NCBI RefSeq assembly: GCF_035084215.1
Contig: NW_027139559.1
Coordinates: forward strand, 744,001-808,000
Source: Heptranchias perlo
Taxonomy: Eukaryota
Reading direction: 5' to 3'
Length of the DNA stretch: 64,000 bases
Within the stretch, counting starts at the first letter, position 1, and each line of letters begins with the position of its first letter. Of this stretch, positions 1-12,634 are shown in pieces. The notes beneath the pieces are model-generated. The model ran no database searches. It saw nothing but the letters and a program-made list of their open reading frames with translations, and was not told where the DNA came from. A program made the position numbers and the translations under genes.

Positions 1-419
1 GAGATCAATGTTCCTTCGCTAGAAGATTTGAAATTAAATTTCTTCTCTAAGGACAAAGCTGTGTGTCTGCTCCCTCGTCTTTTAGTTTCCCGCTCCTCTT
101 TCATTCGGAGTAAATCCCACAGGAAGGAAAGAAAGGAAGTTTGAAGGGAAGGAGAAATCTCTATCCCAATCGTGATCTCCATTTCATCTTCAGTCCACTA
201 CAATTGCGGGAACAATTCCAATTACGTCTTAATTTCAATAAAATATAAACGATGCGGGATACAGGTCAGAAAACAATTGTGGCATTGAAAAGAGTAGGAC
301 TGAAGGCTTTTTTTCATGTAAGAATCATTCCAAAGCTGCACCAAACGTTTACACAATAACAATGCGGATATGGTTCGAACCCATGCATACACGGCATGTC
401 TTGCCTCATAATTTAACCC

Positions 420-3400
420 TTGAATCAATGGCAACATTTCAGTGAATCTATACTGCACTCCTTCTAAGGCCAATATAATCTTCCCATGGTGAGGAGCCCA
501 CAACTGTGCACAGTACTCCAGATGTGATCTAACCAGGTTTTTTTTTACAGATGTAGCAAAACTTCCTCCCCTTTATTTTCCAGCTGGCTCGACATAAAGG
601 ATCACATTCCATTAGACTTTTTGACTACTTGATTGTACCTGACTACTACATTTTAATGATCTTTGAACATTCACCCCTACATCACTTTGGAACTCCACTG
701 TTCCGAACTTTTCATGATTAAAAGAAATGTTTTCATCCATTTTGTTTGGTCCAAAATGGATGACCTCGCACTTTCCTGTGTTGAATTCCACCTGACCCAG
801 TTTTGTCCACTCACTTAATGTATCAATGTGTCTTTGCAATGTTATGCTCCCATCCACAGTACTCTCTTTGTTTCATTGGAAAACTTGGATATATGGTTCT
901 TTATTATGTTATCTAAGCAATTAATAAACATAGCGAATATTGAGTCCCCAGCACAAAAACCTGTGGGACAACACGAGTCACTTCGTTCCAATTGGTGTAC
1001 ATACCCATTATCCCTACGCTCGGTCTTCTACCGCTTAACCAATCGGCTAACCAGGTTAATAATTAGCTTCAATTCCATCAGCTTTAATTTCAGCTAACAG
1101 TCTCTTATGTGGAACTTTATCGAATGCCTTCTGGTCGTCCAGCAAAGCTACATCAATACTCATTCCTCTGTCAACTACTTCAGGTGCTTCCTCAAAAAAT
1201 TCAATTCGTTTCGTTAGACATGACCTAACGTTTACAAATCCATGTTGGCTCTCTCTAATCAAATTAAATGTCTCCAAGTGCTCAGTCACGCTGTCCTTAA
1301 TTATATATTCCAATACCTTCCTCATAATAGATGTTGGACCAACAGGTCTACAGCTTCTTGGTTTCATTCTCAAAACAGTCTTTAAAAAATAGTTCAATTT
1401 GCAATTTTCCAATTTAAAGAGACAATTCCTGAATGGAGTGAGCTTTGGAAGATGATGGCTACATCACCTGCAATTTCCTCACCAATTCCTTTAAAATCTT
1501 GGGGTGGAATCCATCAGTTCCTGGGGATTTGTAAGCCTTTAGTACCATCATTTTGTCCAATACTGTTTTCTTGCTCTTTCCCGTAGTTCTATGTTATCTC
1601 TCATCTCTTTGGTCGACCATGCATGTTTTATTTGATATTACCGCGATTGCCCCTGAGGGTTATACACTGGTCATTTAATGAGCTAAATTATTTAACACCT
1701 CCTCTGTTCACCTGTAGTTTTACCCGAAAACAGTTTTGACCAGTTTGCTGTCGTCACCTCCTGTTTCGTTCAGTTATAGTTACCTCACCATAATCTAGAA
1801 TCATAGTTAGAGTTACGTTTCTCCTTTTCAATGCTAATGTTGAATTCGAACTATTAGATGAATGCTCCATTGCTGTTAGGTGATTACCTTAGTCTGGCTC
1901 TTTATTAATTTTTCAGTTAGCATGGCCTGTCCTCTTGTTGGGACTGGAACATATTGCTCTGGAAAACTATCTTGAATAAACTCAAGAAATTCCCTAAAAT
2001 TCTGACTTGACCGACTCTGCTCTCCCCAATCTATATGAAAATTGACGTCTCGCAGTATAGCATCGCTGCTTTGGGTGCAAGCCCCTCTAATCGCTGAATT
2101 ACATAGAATTAGACAGAATGACCAGCACAGACACAGGCCATTCGGCCCAAAATGTCCATGCTAGTGTTGATGATCCACACGAGCCTTATCTCACCCTTCT
2201 TCATTTCAACCTATCAACATATTCTTCTATTCCTTTCTCACTCATGTGTTTATCCAGCTTCTCATTAAATGCATCTTTGCGACTCACCTCAAATATTCCT
2301 TGTGGAAGCGAGTTCCACATTCTAACCACTCTATGGAGAATGCCCGATTCGATTTGTTGGTGACTATCTTATATTGAAGGCCACGATTTCTGTTCTCCTC
2401 CGCAAGTGGAATCATCTTATCTACGTCTACCCTATCAAACCTTTTCATAATCTTACAGACCAGTAAAGGTTCCCTACAGTCTTCTGTTTCGTAAAGAAAA
2501 TACATGAGACTGTTTAATCTTTCCTGATAGGTACAAGGCCTCAGTTCCGGTATCAACCTTATGAATATTTTTTGCACCTTCACCAGTGCCTCTATATCCT
2601 TTTAATAACATGGAGACTTGAGCTGTTCACACTACTTCAAGTGTGGTCTAATCAAGGTTTTGTACAAGTTTAACACAACTTCCCTGGTTTTAGGAACATA
2701 GGTACATAGGAACAGGAGTAGGCCATAAAACCCTTCGTGCCTGCTCCGCCATTTGATAAGATCATGGCAGATCTGTGACATCTCTCCATGTACCCGCCTT
2801 TGGCCCCTATCCCTTAATAACTTTGATTGCCAAAAAGCTATCTATCACAGATTTAAATTTAGCAATTGAGCTAGTATCAATTGCCGTTTGCAGAAGAGAG
2901 TTCCAAACTTCTACCACCCTTTGTGTGTAGAAATGTTTTCTAATCTCGCTCCGGAAAGGTCTGGCTCCAAATTTAGAATGTGCTCCCTACTCTTAGAATC
3001 CCCAACCAGCGGAAATAGCTTCTCTCTATCCACCCTAAATTCTAGGTACTATACCCTTAATTTGCGGAATCTCCGCTCGTAATTTAACCTTCAGAATCCA
3101 GGTATCATTCTCGTCAATCTACACTGCACTGCCTCCAAGGCCAATATATTCTTCCTAAGGTGCGGTGCCCAGCACTGAAGATAGACCTCCAGGTTTGGTC
3201 TAACCAGGGCATTGAACAGCTGTATCATAACTTCTAACCACTTATATTCTAGTCTTCTAGTTATAAACACCAGCATTCCATTTGCATTTTTGATTATTTT
3301 CTGTACCCGTCCATGTTATTTTGATGATCTATGTACAAGGACCCCTAAGTCTCTTTGGAACTCCACTGTTTCGAGCTTTCCACCATTTGCAACGTACTCC

Positions 3401-5640
3401 GATCTATCCTCTTAGGTCCAAAGTGGATAACCTCACAATTGCCTTCATTGAAATCCATTTGCCACAGTTTTGCCCATTCACTTAATCTTTTAATATCGCT
3501 CTATAATGCCATGCTTCCATCTATATGAATAGACTGGAGAAGCTGGGGTTGTTTTCCATGGAACAGAGAAGGAGATTTGATAGAAGTGTTCAAAATCCTG
3601 AAGAGATTAGATAGTTTCTTCAAGAGAAACTGTTCTCACTGGCAAAAATATCGAGTACAAGAGGACACGGATTTAAAGAGATTGGCAAAAGAAACAAATG
3701 TGACATGAGGATAAAGTTTATTATGCAGCGCGTAGTCATGATCTGGAATGCGGTGCCTGAAAGGATGGCGGAAGTAGATTCCATCGTGGCTTTCAAAAAA
3801 GGATTGGATTAACACTTGATGGGGAAAACATGCCGGGCTGCGGGGAAAGAGTGTGGGATAGGGTGTAATTGAATTGCTATTGCAAAGAACCAGCAGAGGA
3901 TCGATGGGCCGAATGGCCTCCTTCTGTGCTGTAACCATTCTATGATTCTATTATTTACACTGCTTAGAATGCTGCCGATCTTTTCGCCATCGGCAAATTA
4001 GGAAATGTGGCTTTCTATCCCGTCATTTAAATCCTTAACAAATGATCCCTGTGGGATACCACTAACCGTATCGTGCCAATTTGAGCACCTGCACATTATC
4101 CTTACTCTCTGTCTGCTGCCGCTCACCCAATTTTGTTATCAGATCAATAATTTGCACTCAATTTCATGAGCTCCAACTTTAGCGAACAGTCTCTTATAAT
4201 GGACTTTATCCAATGCCTTCTGGAAGTTCATATAAACAACATCCATAGACAATTCCCTGTCCATCACTTTCGTCACCTCTTGAAAAAAATCAGAGTTGTC
4301 AGGCGTGGCTTACCCGTTACTAATCGATACTGGCTCTCTCTGATTAGCTGAAATGTTTTAACGTGTTCAGTTGCTCTATCCTTAAATACAGATTCTTGTA
4401 ATTTCACGACAAGAAACATTGCGCTAACTGGTTTATAATTCACCGGTTTCCCTCTCTCACCTTCCATAAATAGCGGAATAACATGTGCGATTTTCCAATC
4501 AAGAACTTTGGAAGATTATAGTTAGGGCATGTACAATATTCTCACCTACTTCCTTTAAACCCTCAGATGGAAACCTTTTGGTCCTGCGGATTTTTCACTC
4601 CTTTGTGTCATTATTTTCTTCATTGCTGTTAATTTGCTCGTCCCCGTCCCTGATGCAAAATTAATTTCCTTGGGGTGCTATCTTCTTCCTCCATTGTAAA
4701 TGGTGACGCAACATTAAGTAATTTCTTTATTTTCATTTACAATATCACCAATATCAGTTTTTAAGAGGCCCACATTGCTCTTGTTCGCCCTCGTTTTCCT
4801 AATATAATTGTAAACATTTTTGCTGTTGATTTAGATATCCCTTGCAAGATTCTTTTCATTTAGCCTTCTTGTGGCTCTTACTATCTGTTTTATCATCCTT
4901 TGCTCTTCTTTGTATCTTTCGCCAGGATCCGTGCTATTCTTTGCTTTTTTGTCTACTTTTTGATTTAGTTTCATGTTGTCTCTCACCTCTTTTGTCGCCC
5001 ATGCTTTTTTTGGCAAGTAGACCTCTCGCCCCTTCGGAGTATAAATTGGTTCAGTATCACGTTAAATTCTTTTTTTTACACCTCCCACTGATCATCTTTC
5101 TCTTTACCCATTAACAGATTTGGACATTTTCTGTCTCATCTCGTTGAGATCGGCCTTACCTAAACTTAGAATCTTAGTAGCTGTTACGGGTTTCTCCCTT
5201 TCAAACGCAACGTTGAACTCGATCATATTATGATTGGCATTAGATAAATATTCACGTACGTTTCGGCTGTTAACTAAGTCTGGCACTTTAATAATTATTA
5301 CAGCTGATATGTCCTGTCCCCTTGTTGGTTCCAGGAAATATTAGTAAAGAAAGCTGTTTTGAACACACTGAAGACATTCGCTGCTTCCTGACACGAGCTC
5401 GTCTGCTTATCCCAATCTATATGAAGGTTAAAATCGCCCAATTAAACCAATCTGTCTTGACAACATGCTTGTCCAATATCCGCATTTTTACATCCATAAA
5501 TTCTGCATGTGCCTACTCACATCCCGCTATTTAATTGCTTTGATGCTTTGATATGGCGTTGTTAATCTGCATCGATACTTTTAGTGATTTGTGTATCTGT
5601 ACCCCCATATCCCTGTGTCACTTCACTGCTGCTATCTGCA
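420..5640 (-). mobile_element. Nested, decayed CR1-clade LINE fragments, mostly minus strand (a plus-strand 3' end at ~3525-3950)
   Basis: Broken ORF2 peptides ([47 protein letters not shown]) and CR1 3' tails ending in short 8-bp repeats at ~2100, 2690 and 3940. Confidence 0.88.
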
Positions 5641-5689
5641 GGCCTATAGATCGCTTCAAATACAGTCTTAGCATTTCTCATTCCTCAGA

Positions 5690-8600
5690 TATAACGGCAT
5701 AATGGACTTAATGGGGGACTTTAACCTTCACATAGATTGGGAAAACAGACTAGCAACTGTCGGAAAGGCAGTGAATTTCTTGAGTGTGTCCTGGATAGTT
5801 TTCTACAGCAGTATGTCCGAAAGGCAACAAGGGGGCAAGCCATGCTAGATTTAGTAAAGAATAATAAAGTGTATTTAATAACGGCTTAACTGTACGCGAA
5901 CATCCATCCAACAGCGACCATAACATGATCGAGTTCAATGTAATGTTTGAAAGGGAAAAAGCCGAGTCAGCTGCTAAGATTCTAGACTTAGGTAAGGCTG
6001 ACTTCAATGGGATGAAACAGAGACTGTCCACAGTAAACTGGGCTAATCTGTTAATGGGTAAAACGACTGATGATCAGTGAAAAATGTTTAAAGAAACATT
6101 TAACGAGACACAGAACGGGTGTATACCCCTGAGGGGCAAGAACTCTACTTGCCAAAAAAAACAGTCATGGACAACTAAAGAAGTAAGGGACAGTATAAGA
6201 TGTAAGGAAAGGGCATACAATAGGCAAAAAATGGCACAGTTCCTGGAGAATGGGAAAGATACAAAGATCAACAAAGGGTCACAAAACAGATAGTAAGAGC
6301 TACAAAAAGAGAGTTGAAAATAAACTTGCAAGGGATATCAAAACCAATACAAAGAACTTTTATGGTTATATTAGGAAAAAGAGGGTGGACAGGAGCAGTG
6401 TTGACCCCTTAAAAACTGAAAGTGGGGATATTGTCAATGACAATGTGGAAATGGCGGACTTTGCGTCAGTATTTAAAATAGAAAAAGAGGATATCATGCC
6501 GGAAATCGCAAGTAAACTAATATTGAATCGGGGACAGGGACTCGTTAAAATTAACATAAGTAAAACAACAGCAATGAAGAAAATAATAGCACTAATGGGT
6601 GAGAAATTCCCAGGACCAGATGGTTTCCATCCCAGGGTTTTAAAGGAAGAAAGTGAGCACATTGCGGATGCTCTAACTATAATCTTTCAAAGTTCTCCAG
6701 ATTCAGGAACTGTCCCTCTGGATTGGAAAATTGCACATGTCACTCCGCTTTTTAAGAAAGGAGAGAGAGGGAAACCGGGGAATTATTGAACAGTTAGCCT
6801 AGCATCTGTTGTGGGGAAATTGCTGTAGTCTATAAATAATGATAGCGTGACTGAACACCTCGAGAATTTCAGTTAATCATGGAGAGCCAGCATGGATTTA
6901 TGAAAGGTGTGTCGTGCCTGACAAACCTGATTGAATTTTTTGAAGAGGTGACTAAAGTAGTGGAACGCGGAATGTCAATGGATGTTATTTGTATGGACTT
7001 CCAGAAGGCATTTAATAAGGTCCCACATAAGAGACTGTTAGCTAAGTTAGAAGCCCATGGAATCGAGGGAAAAGTACGGGCTTGGTTCAGAAATTGACTG
7101 AGCGAAAGGCGACAGAGAGTAGGGATAATGGATAAGTAATCACATTGGCAGGATGTGACTAGTGGAGTCCCGCAGGGATCTGTCTTGGGGCCTCAATTAT
7201 TCACAATATTTATTAACGACTGAGATGAAGGTTTAGAACGTCTCATATCTAAGTTTGCCGAAGACACAAAGATTGGTGGCATTGCAAGCAGTGTATATGA
7301 AAACATAACATAACAAAGCGATATTGATAGATTTGCTGAATGTGCAAAACTGTGGCAAATGAAATTCAATGTCGACAAATGTGAGGTCATCCACTTTGGA
7401 TCAAAAAAAGGATAGAACATGATACTTTCTAAATGGTAAAAAAATTAAAAACCGTGGATGTCCAAAGGGACTTCGGGGTTCAGGTGCATAGATCATTGAA
7501 GTGTCATGAACAGGTGCAGAAAGTAATCAAGAAGGCTAATGGAATGCTGGCCTTTCTATCTGGAGGACTGGAGTACAAGGGGGCAGAAGTTATGCTGCAG
7601 CGATACAAAACCCTGGTTAGACCGCACCTGGAGTACTGTGAGCAGTTCTGGGCACCGCACCTTCGGAAGGACATATTGGCCTTGGAGGGATTGCAGCGTC
7701 GGATTACGGGAATGATACCCGGACTTCAAGGGTTCAGTTACGAGGAGAGATTACACAAATTGGGGTTGTATTCCCGACAGTTTAGAAGGTAAAGGGGTGA
7801 TCTGATCGACTTTTATTGGATGTTAAGGGGAACGGATAGGGTGGATGTGGAGAAACTATTTCCGCTGGTTGGGGATTCTCGGAGGAGGGGGTCACAGTCT
7901 AAAAATTAGAGCCAGACCTTTTCGGAGTGAGATTACAAAACATTTCTACAAACAAAGGATGATAGAACTTTGGAACTCTCTTCTGCAAAACGGCAATTGG
8001 TACCAACTCAATTGCTAAATTTAAAAGTGAGATAGATAGCTTTTTGGCAACCAACGGTATTAAGGGATATGGGCCAAAGGCAGGTACATGGAGCTCGATC
8101 ACAGATCAGCCATGATCTTATCAAATGGCGGAGCAGGCGCGTGGTGCTGAATGATCTACTTCTGTTCCTGTGTTCCTATGTTCCTAAAAATTAGAGCCTG
8201 GATTTCAGGATTCAAGTTCGGAAACACTTCCTCACGCAAAGGGTTGTTAAATTTTGGAACTTTCACAAACGGCAGTTGATGCTTGTTCGATTGTTCATTT
8301 TAAATCTGAGAGTGAGAGAATTTTTTTTAACCAAAGGTTATAACGGATATGGGATTAAGGCGGGCATATCGAGATGGGTCACAGAACAGCCATGATCTCA
8401 TTGAATGGCGGAACAGGCCCGAGTGGTTAAATGGCCGAATCCTATTACTTTCTTCCTATGTTCCTGTGTTCATTTCTAAAATGATAGAATTGTAAATCAA
8501 GGAAGTTGTTTTCAACTTGAATAAAACCTTTGTTAGACCACGCTTGTAGTACTGTGAACAGTTCTTGTATCCATATTATAAAATGGATATCGAGGCAATG

Positions 8601-9700
8601 GTGAAGTTGCAAAAAATATTTACTTGGATGATACCGGAACTGAGAGTTTATACCTATTCAGAAAGACTGAACAGGCTGAGGCTTTTTATCTTCAAAGGAC
8701 AAGACTGAATGTGACCGAAAGTAGTCTTTATGATCATGAAAGTGCTTGGTAGGGTCGACGAACAGAAGATGTTTCCCCTTGCGGGGGAGACCTGAAATCG
8801 GGGCCATCAATATAAGATAGTCACCAATAAACCCAGTAGGGAATTCTGGAGAAACATCTTGACCCTGGGAGTGGTTAGAATGTGGAACTCGCTTCCACGA
8901 GGAACAATTGAGTCGAGTAGCAAATACGTATTTAAGGCGAAGCTGGATAAACACACGATGGAGAAAGGAATATAAGGATATGTTGATGGGGTCAGATGAA
9001 GAAGGGTAGAGCTCGTGTGGATCATAAACACAGGTTTGGACATGTTGGGCCGAATGTCCTGTTTCTGCACTGTAAATCCTGTCTAATTCCATGTAATTCA
9101 GCGACTAGAGAGGCTTGTAACAAAAGCAGAGATGTTTTACTGGGAGACTTTCATTTTCTTTTAGATTGGGAAGAGCCGAGTAGATCAAATCAGACAGGAA
9201 GTGAATTTCTTGAGTGCATTCAAGATAGCTTTTTATAGCCAAATGTTATCGCGCCAACAATAGTCCAGGTCATACTAGATTAATAATGAATAAAGAGCCA
9301 GACATACTTGAAAATCCAACAGTAAGTGAACATTTTTCTGTCAATGGTCATAATATGATCGAATTCAATATTAGGATTGAAACGGAGAAACGTAACAGTA
9401 ACTAAGATTCTAAATTATGGTAAGGTAAATTTAATTAAATGAAGGAATCTTACAACACAAGGTTATAGTCCAACACATTTATTTTAAAATCACAAGCTTT
9501 CTGAGATTATCCCCTTCGTCAGATGAAGGGGATAATCTCCGAAAGCTTGTGATTTTAAAATAAATTTGTTGGACTATAACCTGGTGTTGTAAGATTCCTT
9601 ACATTTGTCCACCCCAGTCCATCACCGGCATCTCCACATCTTAATTAAATGAGACAGGGACTGACGACAGCAAACTGGTCAAAAGTGTTATCGGGTAGGT
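5690..9700 (+). mobile_element. CR1 LINE ORF2 pseudogene (endonuclease to RT to 3' tail, ~5690-8185) followed by further CR1 fragments
   Basis: MGDFN endonuclease motif region, PGPDGFHPRVLKE, SQHGFMKG.SCLTNL, LVRPHLEYC; many stops and frameshifts; (TTCCTATG)n tail. Confidence 0.9.
9443..9640. mobile_element. Penelope-like fold-back (pLTR) insertion with 12-bp TSD TTAATTAAATGA
   Basis: ~76-bp inverted arms across 9442-9600; direct repeat at 9431-9442 and 9641-9652; same tail as the copy at 48562-48735. Confidence 0.8.
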
Positions 9701-10165
9701 CCTATCTCTCTATTGAGATCCGATCTCTCTAATGAGATCCCATCACTCTATGGAGATCCTATCTCTGTCGAGATCATAGCATTCTATTTAGATCCTAAAA
9801 CTCTATTGCGATCCTATCTCTCTAACGAGATCCTATCTCTCTATTGAGATCGTATCACTCCATTGAGATCCTATCACTCTATGGAGATCCTATCTCTCTG
9901 TCGAGATCGTATCATTCTATTTAGATCCTTTCAGTCTATTGAAACCCTATCACCCTATTGAGGTCCTACCGCTCCACTTGAGATTCTGTCACTATTGAGA
10001 TCCTTTCGCTCTATTGTGATCCTATCACTCTATTGAGATCTTATGAATCAATTGAGATCCTATCACTATTGAGATCCTATCAATCTTTTGAGATCCTATC
10101 ACTTTATTGAGATCTTATTGCTCTATTGAGATCCTATCAATCCATTGAGATCCTATTGATCTATT
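9700..10165. repeat. ~19-21-bp minisatellite (CTATTGAGATCCTATCACTCT)
   Basis: About 20 degenerate tandem copies. Confidence 0.9.
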
Positions 10166-10539
10166 GAAAGGAGAGAAAGTGATTGAGCTCTGTGCCAGCT
10201 ATCATTCTCCCTCGACTAACGCCACCACGATCATATTAACAGACCATTCACTGATGGGTGTGATCAAACAGCATTCTGTATCTAAAGCAAAAATATACAT
10301 TGGTTATGAAGTGCGCAGAGGGCGTAGCAAATTGTTATTTAGAAACAAACATCCTTCTTTCCTTTCATTAAAGTCGGGTTTCTGGGCCATAACAATCGCC
10401 TTTGAATTGTGCCCTCAATTTGTTAATATTGAATAAGCTGGAAATCATTGAATTATTTGTTTTATTAATCCTCCTTTTATAATCTACTGTCACTGAAGGC
10501 ATCTGTTGAAACTCTCAGTTATGTTTGTGGACAGCCATC

Positions 10540-10985
10540 TTACATCAAAATTAAACAGGCTGTGGCTATTTTCTCTCGAAAAGAGAAGGGTGACCTGATA
10601 GAGGTCTTTAAAATTAGTGAGTGGTTCTATAGGGCAGATGTAGAAAATAGGTTTCCACTTGTGGTGGAGTCCAAAACTGTTCAAATTATGGGCCATATAA
10701 AAAAGATAGTCACCAATAAATCCAACAGGGAATTCAGGAGAATCTACTTTAGCCAGATCATGGTCAGAATATGGAACTCGCTACCACATGGAATGGTTGA
10801 GGCGAATAGCACAGATGCATTTAAGTGGAAGCTAGATAAGTACATGAGGGAGAAAGAAATAGAAGGATATGATGATAGGATGAGATGAAATAATTTGGAG
10901 GATGCCCGTGTGGAACAACGACATAGGCCTATCGGGCCGAATGGCCGGTTTCTGTGCTGTAAATCCTATGTAATACTCTGTAATA
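10540..10985 (+). mobile_element. CR1 3' fragment
   Basis: GDLIEVFKI...RIWNSLP...FKWKLD peptide and CR1 3' tail. Confidence 0.85.
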
Positions 10986-11517
10986 TCGCTTGCTCCTATC
11001 AAACGCCGCCTTCACTTTCATCCTCCTTCGGCTGAAGGTAACAGGCCTCGCTGGGTTCCGTTTCCTCAAACACTGATAGGTTCCAGGTCATAACGAAGTG
11101 CCTCTTCTTCATGCCTGATTGGAGCGATAAGGGTGAATAACCTTTTCATCCGCCAGGGGCGCTTCAATCTGTTTATTAACTGGAGTCGCAGGGTGGCGGA
11201 GACAGCAGGAAGCAAAGAGCGGGTTGTGCTCCGCAGGCAAAAAGCTCAGAGGCCGATTGGAGCGGTTCCACTGTAACTCCAACCAAGGCAGCACAGGCCG
11301 GGCAGCCGTGAATGATAAGTGAGTACAGTCCCGGAAAATATAGAACACGGTAAGAAACTTTCATACATGTTCGTGCGCTGAATAAGTGATCACAACGTTA
11401 CCGCACGGAATTGTGTAATGTGATTCTGTAAAGTTTCAAATCTCATCACATCGCCCGTGGAGCGACGGTCCCCGTTTGGCTGCAGGCTTTGCCGTCTTGT
11501 GGCCTGGTGTTTTGCAG

Positions 11518-11735
11518 CAATAATAGTAAACAAAGTCATAGTAATAACAGTAATAATAACATTAATGTTAATTATAGTATTAACAGTAATAATAGAAATA
11601 ATGATAATAATAGTCATAACAGTAATAGTAACAGTAATGATAATAATAGTAATAACAATAATGATAATAATAGTCAGGACAGTAATAATAACAATAACAG
11701 TATTAATATTAATAACAATAATAAGAATTAATAAT
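11518..11735. repeat. (AAT/TAA)n-like degenerate microsatellite
   Basis: Runs of AATAAT/AGTAAT/AACAAT. Confidence 0.9.
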
Positions 11736-12634
11736 CGATATAACAGAAGTTTCATTGATCCGAATGGGAGGCAATTACCCAGATTGTTAAAACACAAACG
11801 ATTAAATACACTTCCAGGTTCAGGCCGTGTTTCGATCTCCTGCCGTCTGGTTGACATTGAATATTATGTTTAAACTATAATATTGGACAGTTCTGTATTT
11901 GTGTATTCACTAATATATGGTACAGGGTGGTGAATGTGTTGAAAAACGTAGCAGTCCTTGTGACAATGGAGGACAGAACGAATGTGTTGGGCAATGCAGT
12001 GACCTGATGTGCGTTTGGTCTCCTCAGTGTGGAGCACACCGCGGGCTGAGTAAAAGCAGTGAACTCGACAGGGGAGTAATGTTTCAAGAAAGGAAAATCC
12101 GGACAGTGCGGGTTGCAGCAATGTAATTTATTGGGGATAGCGGGATAGATATAGTACAAATCTTTTTTGTAAAAATATGGAGTTAAATTGACATCGTCCA
12201 CAATTCTGAGAAGCGATTTTATGATTTTTTTTCTGACCCACTGTTATCGTACACATTGTGGCAGTTAAATGTCAGCGATTTGATGAGAAAGATTAATCGC
12301 TCCCTTTTTTGTTACTGAGACTTCTTGATCAAGCAGCGGAAGCAGCTCAGGAAAACGAAATGCTGATGATAACGTTGGTGAACGATTTCCATGGCGACAC
12401 AGAGTCCAACAAAACAGGAAACTTACTGAGAAACCATTAATTATTGTCGACGTGTACCGACACACGGCGCTGCCCAGAGATGTTATTTCTGTTATTCTCC
12501 ACAGTGAAAAGCATTTATACATTCAATTTTTTAAAAAGCGACTTGCCTTTCAATTCTTTTTCACTTAATCGGTATCATTGACCGGAAACAGAAATTTTGC
12601 TTCGATTACCGACATACACAAAGAAACTGCGTCG

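Noticed and set aside
11390-11873. Ile/Asn-rich ORFs as membrane proteins
   Set aside because: They are translations of an (AAT)n-like microsatellite.
11917-12126. Cys-rich 69-aa ORF as an EGF- or toxin-like peptide
   Set aside because: No signal peptide, recognisable Cys spacing or exon context.
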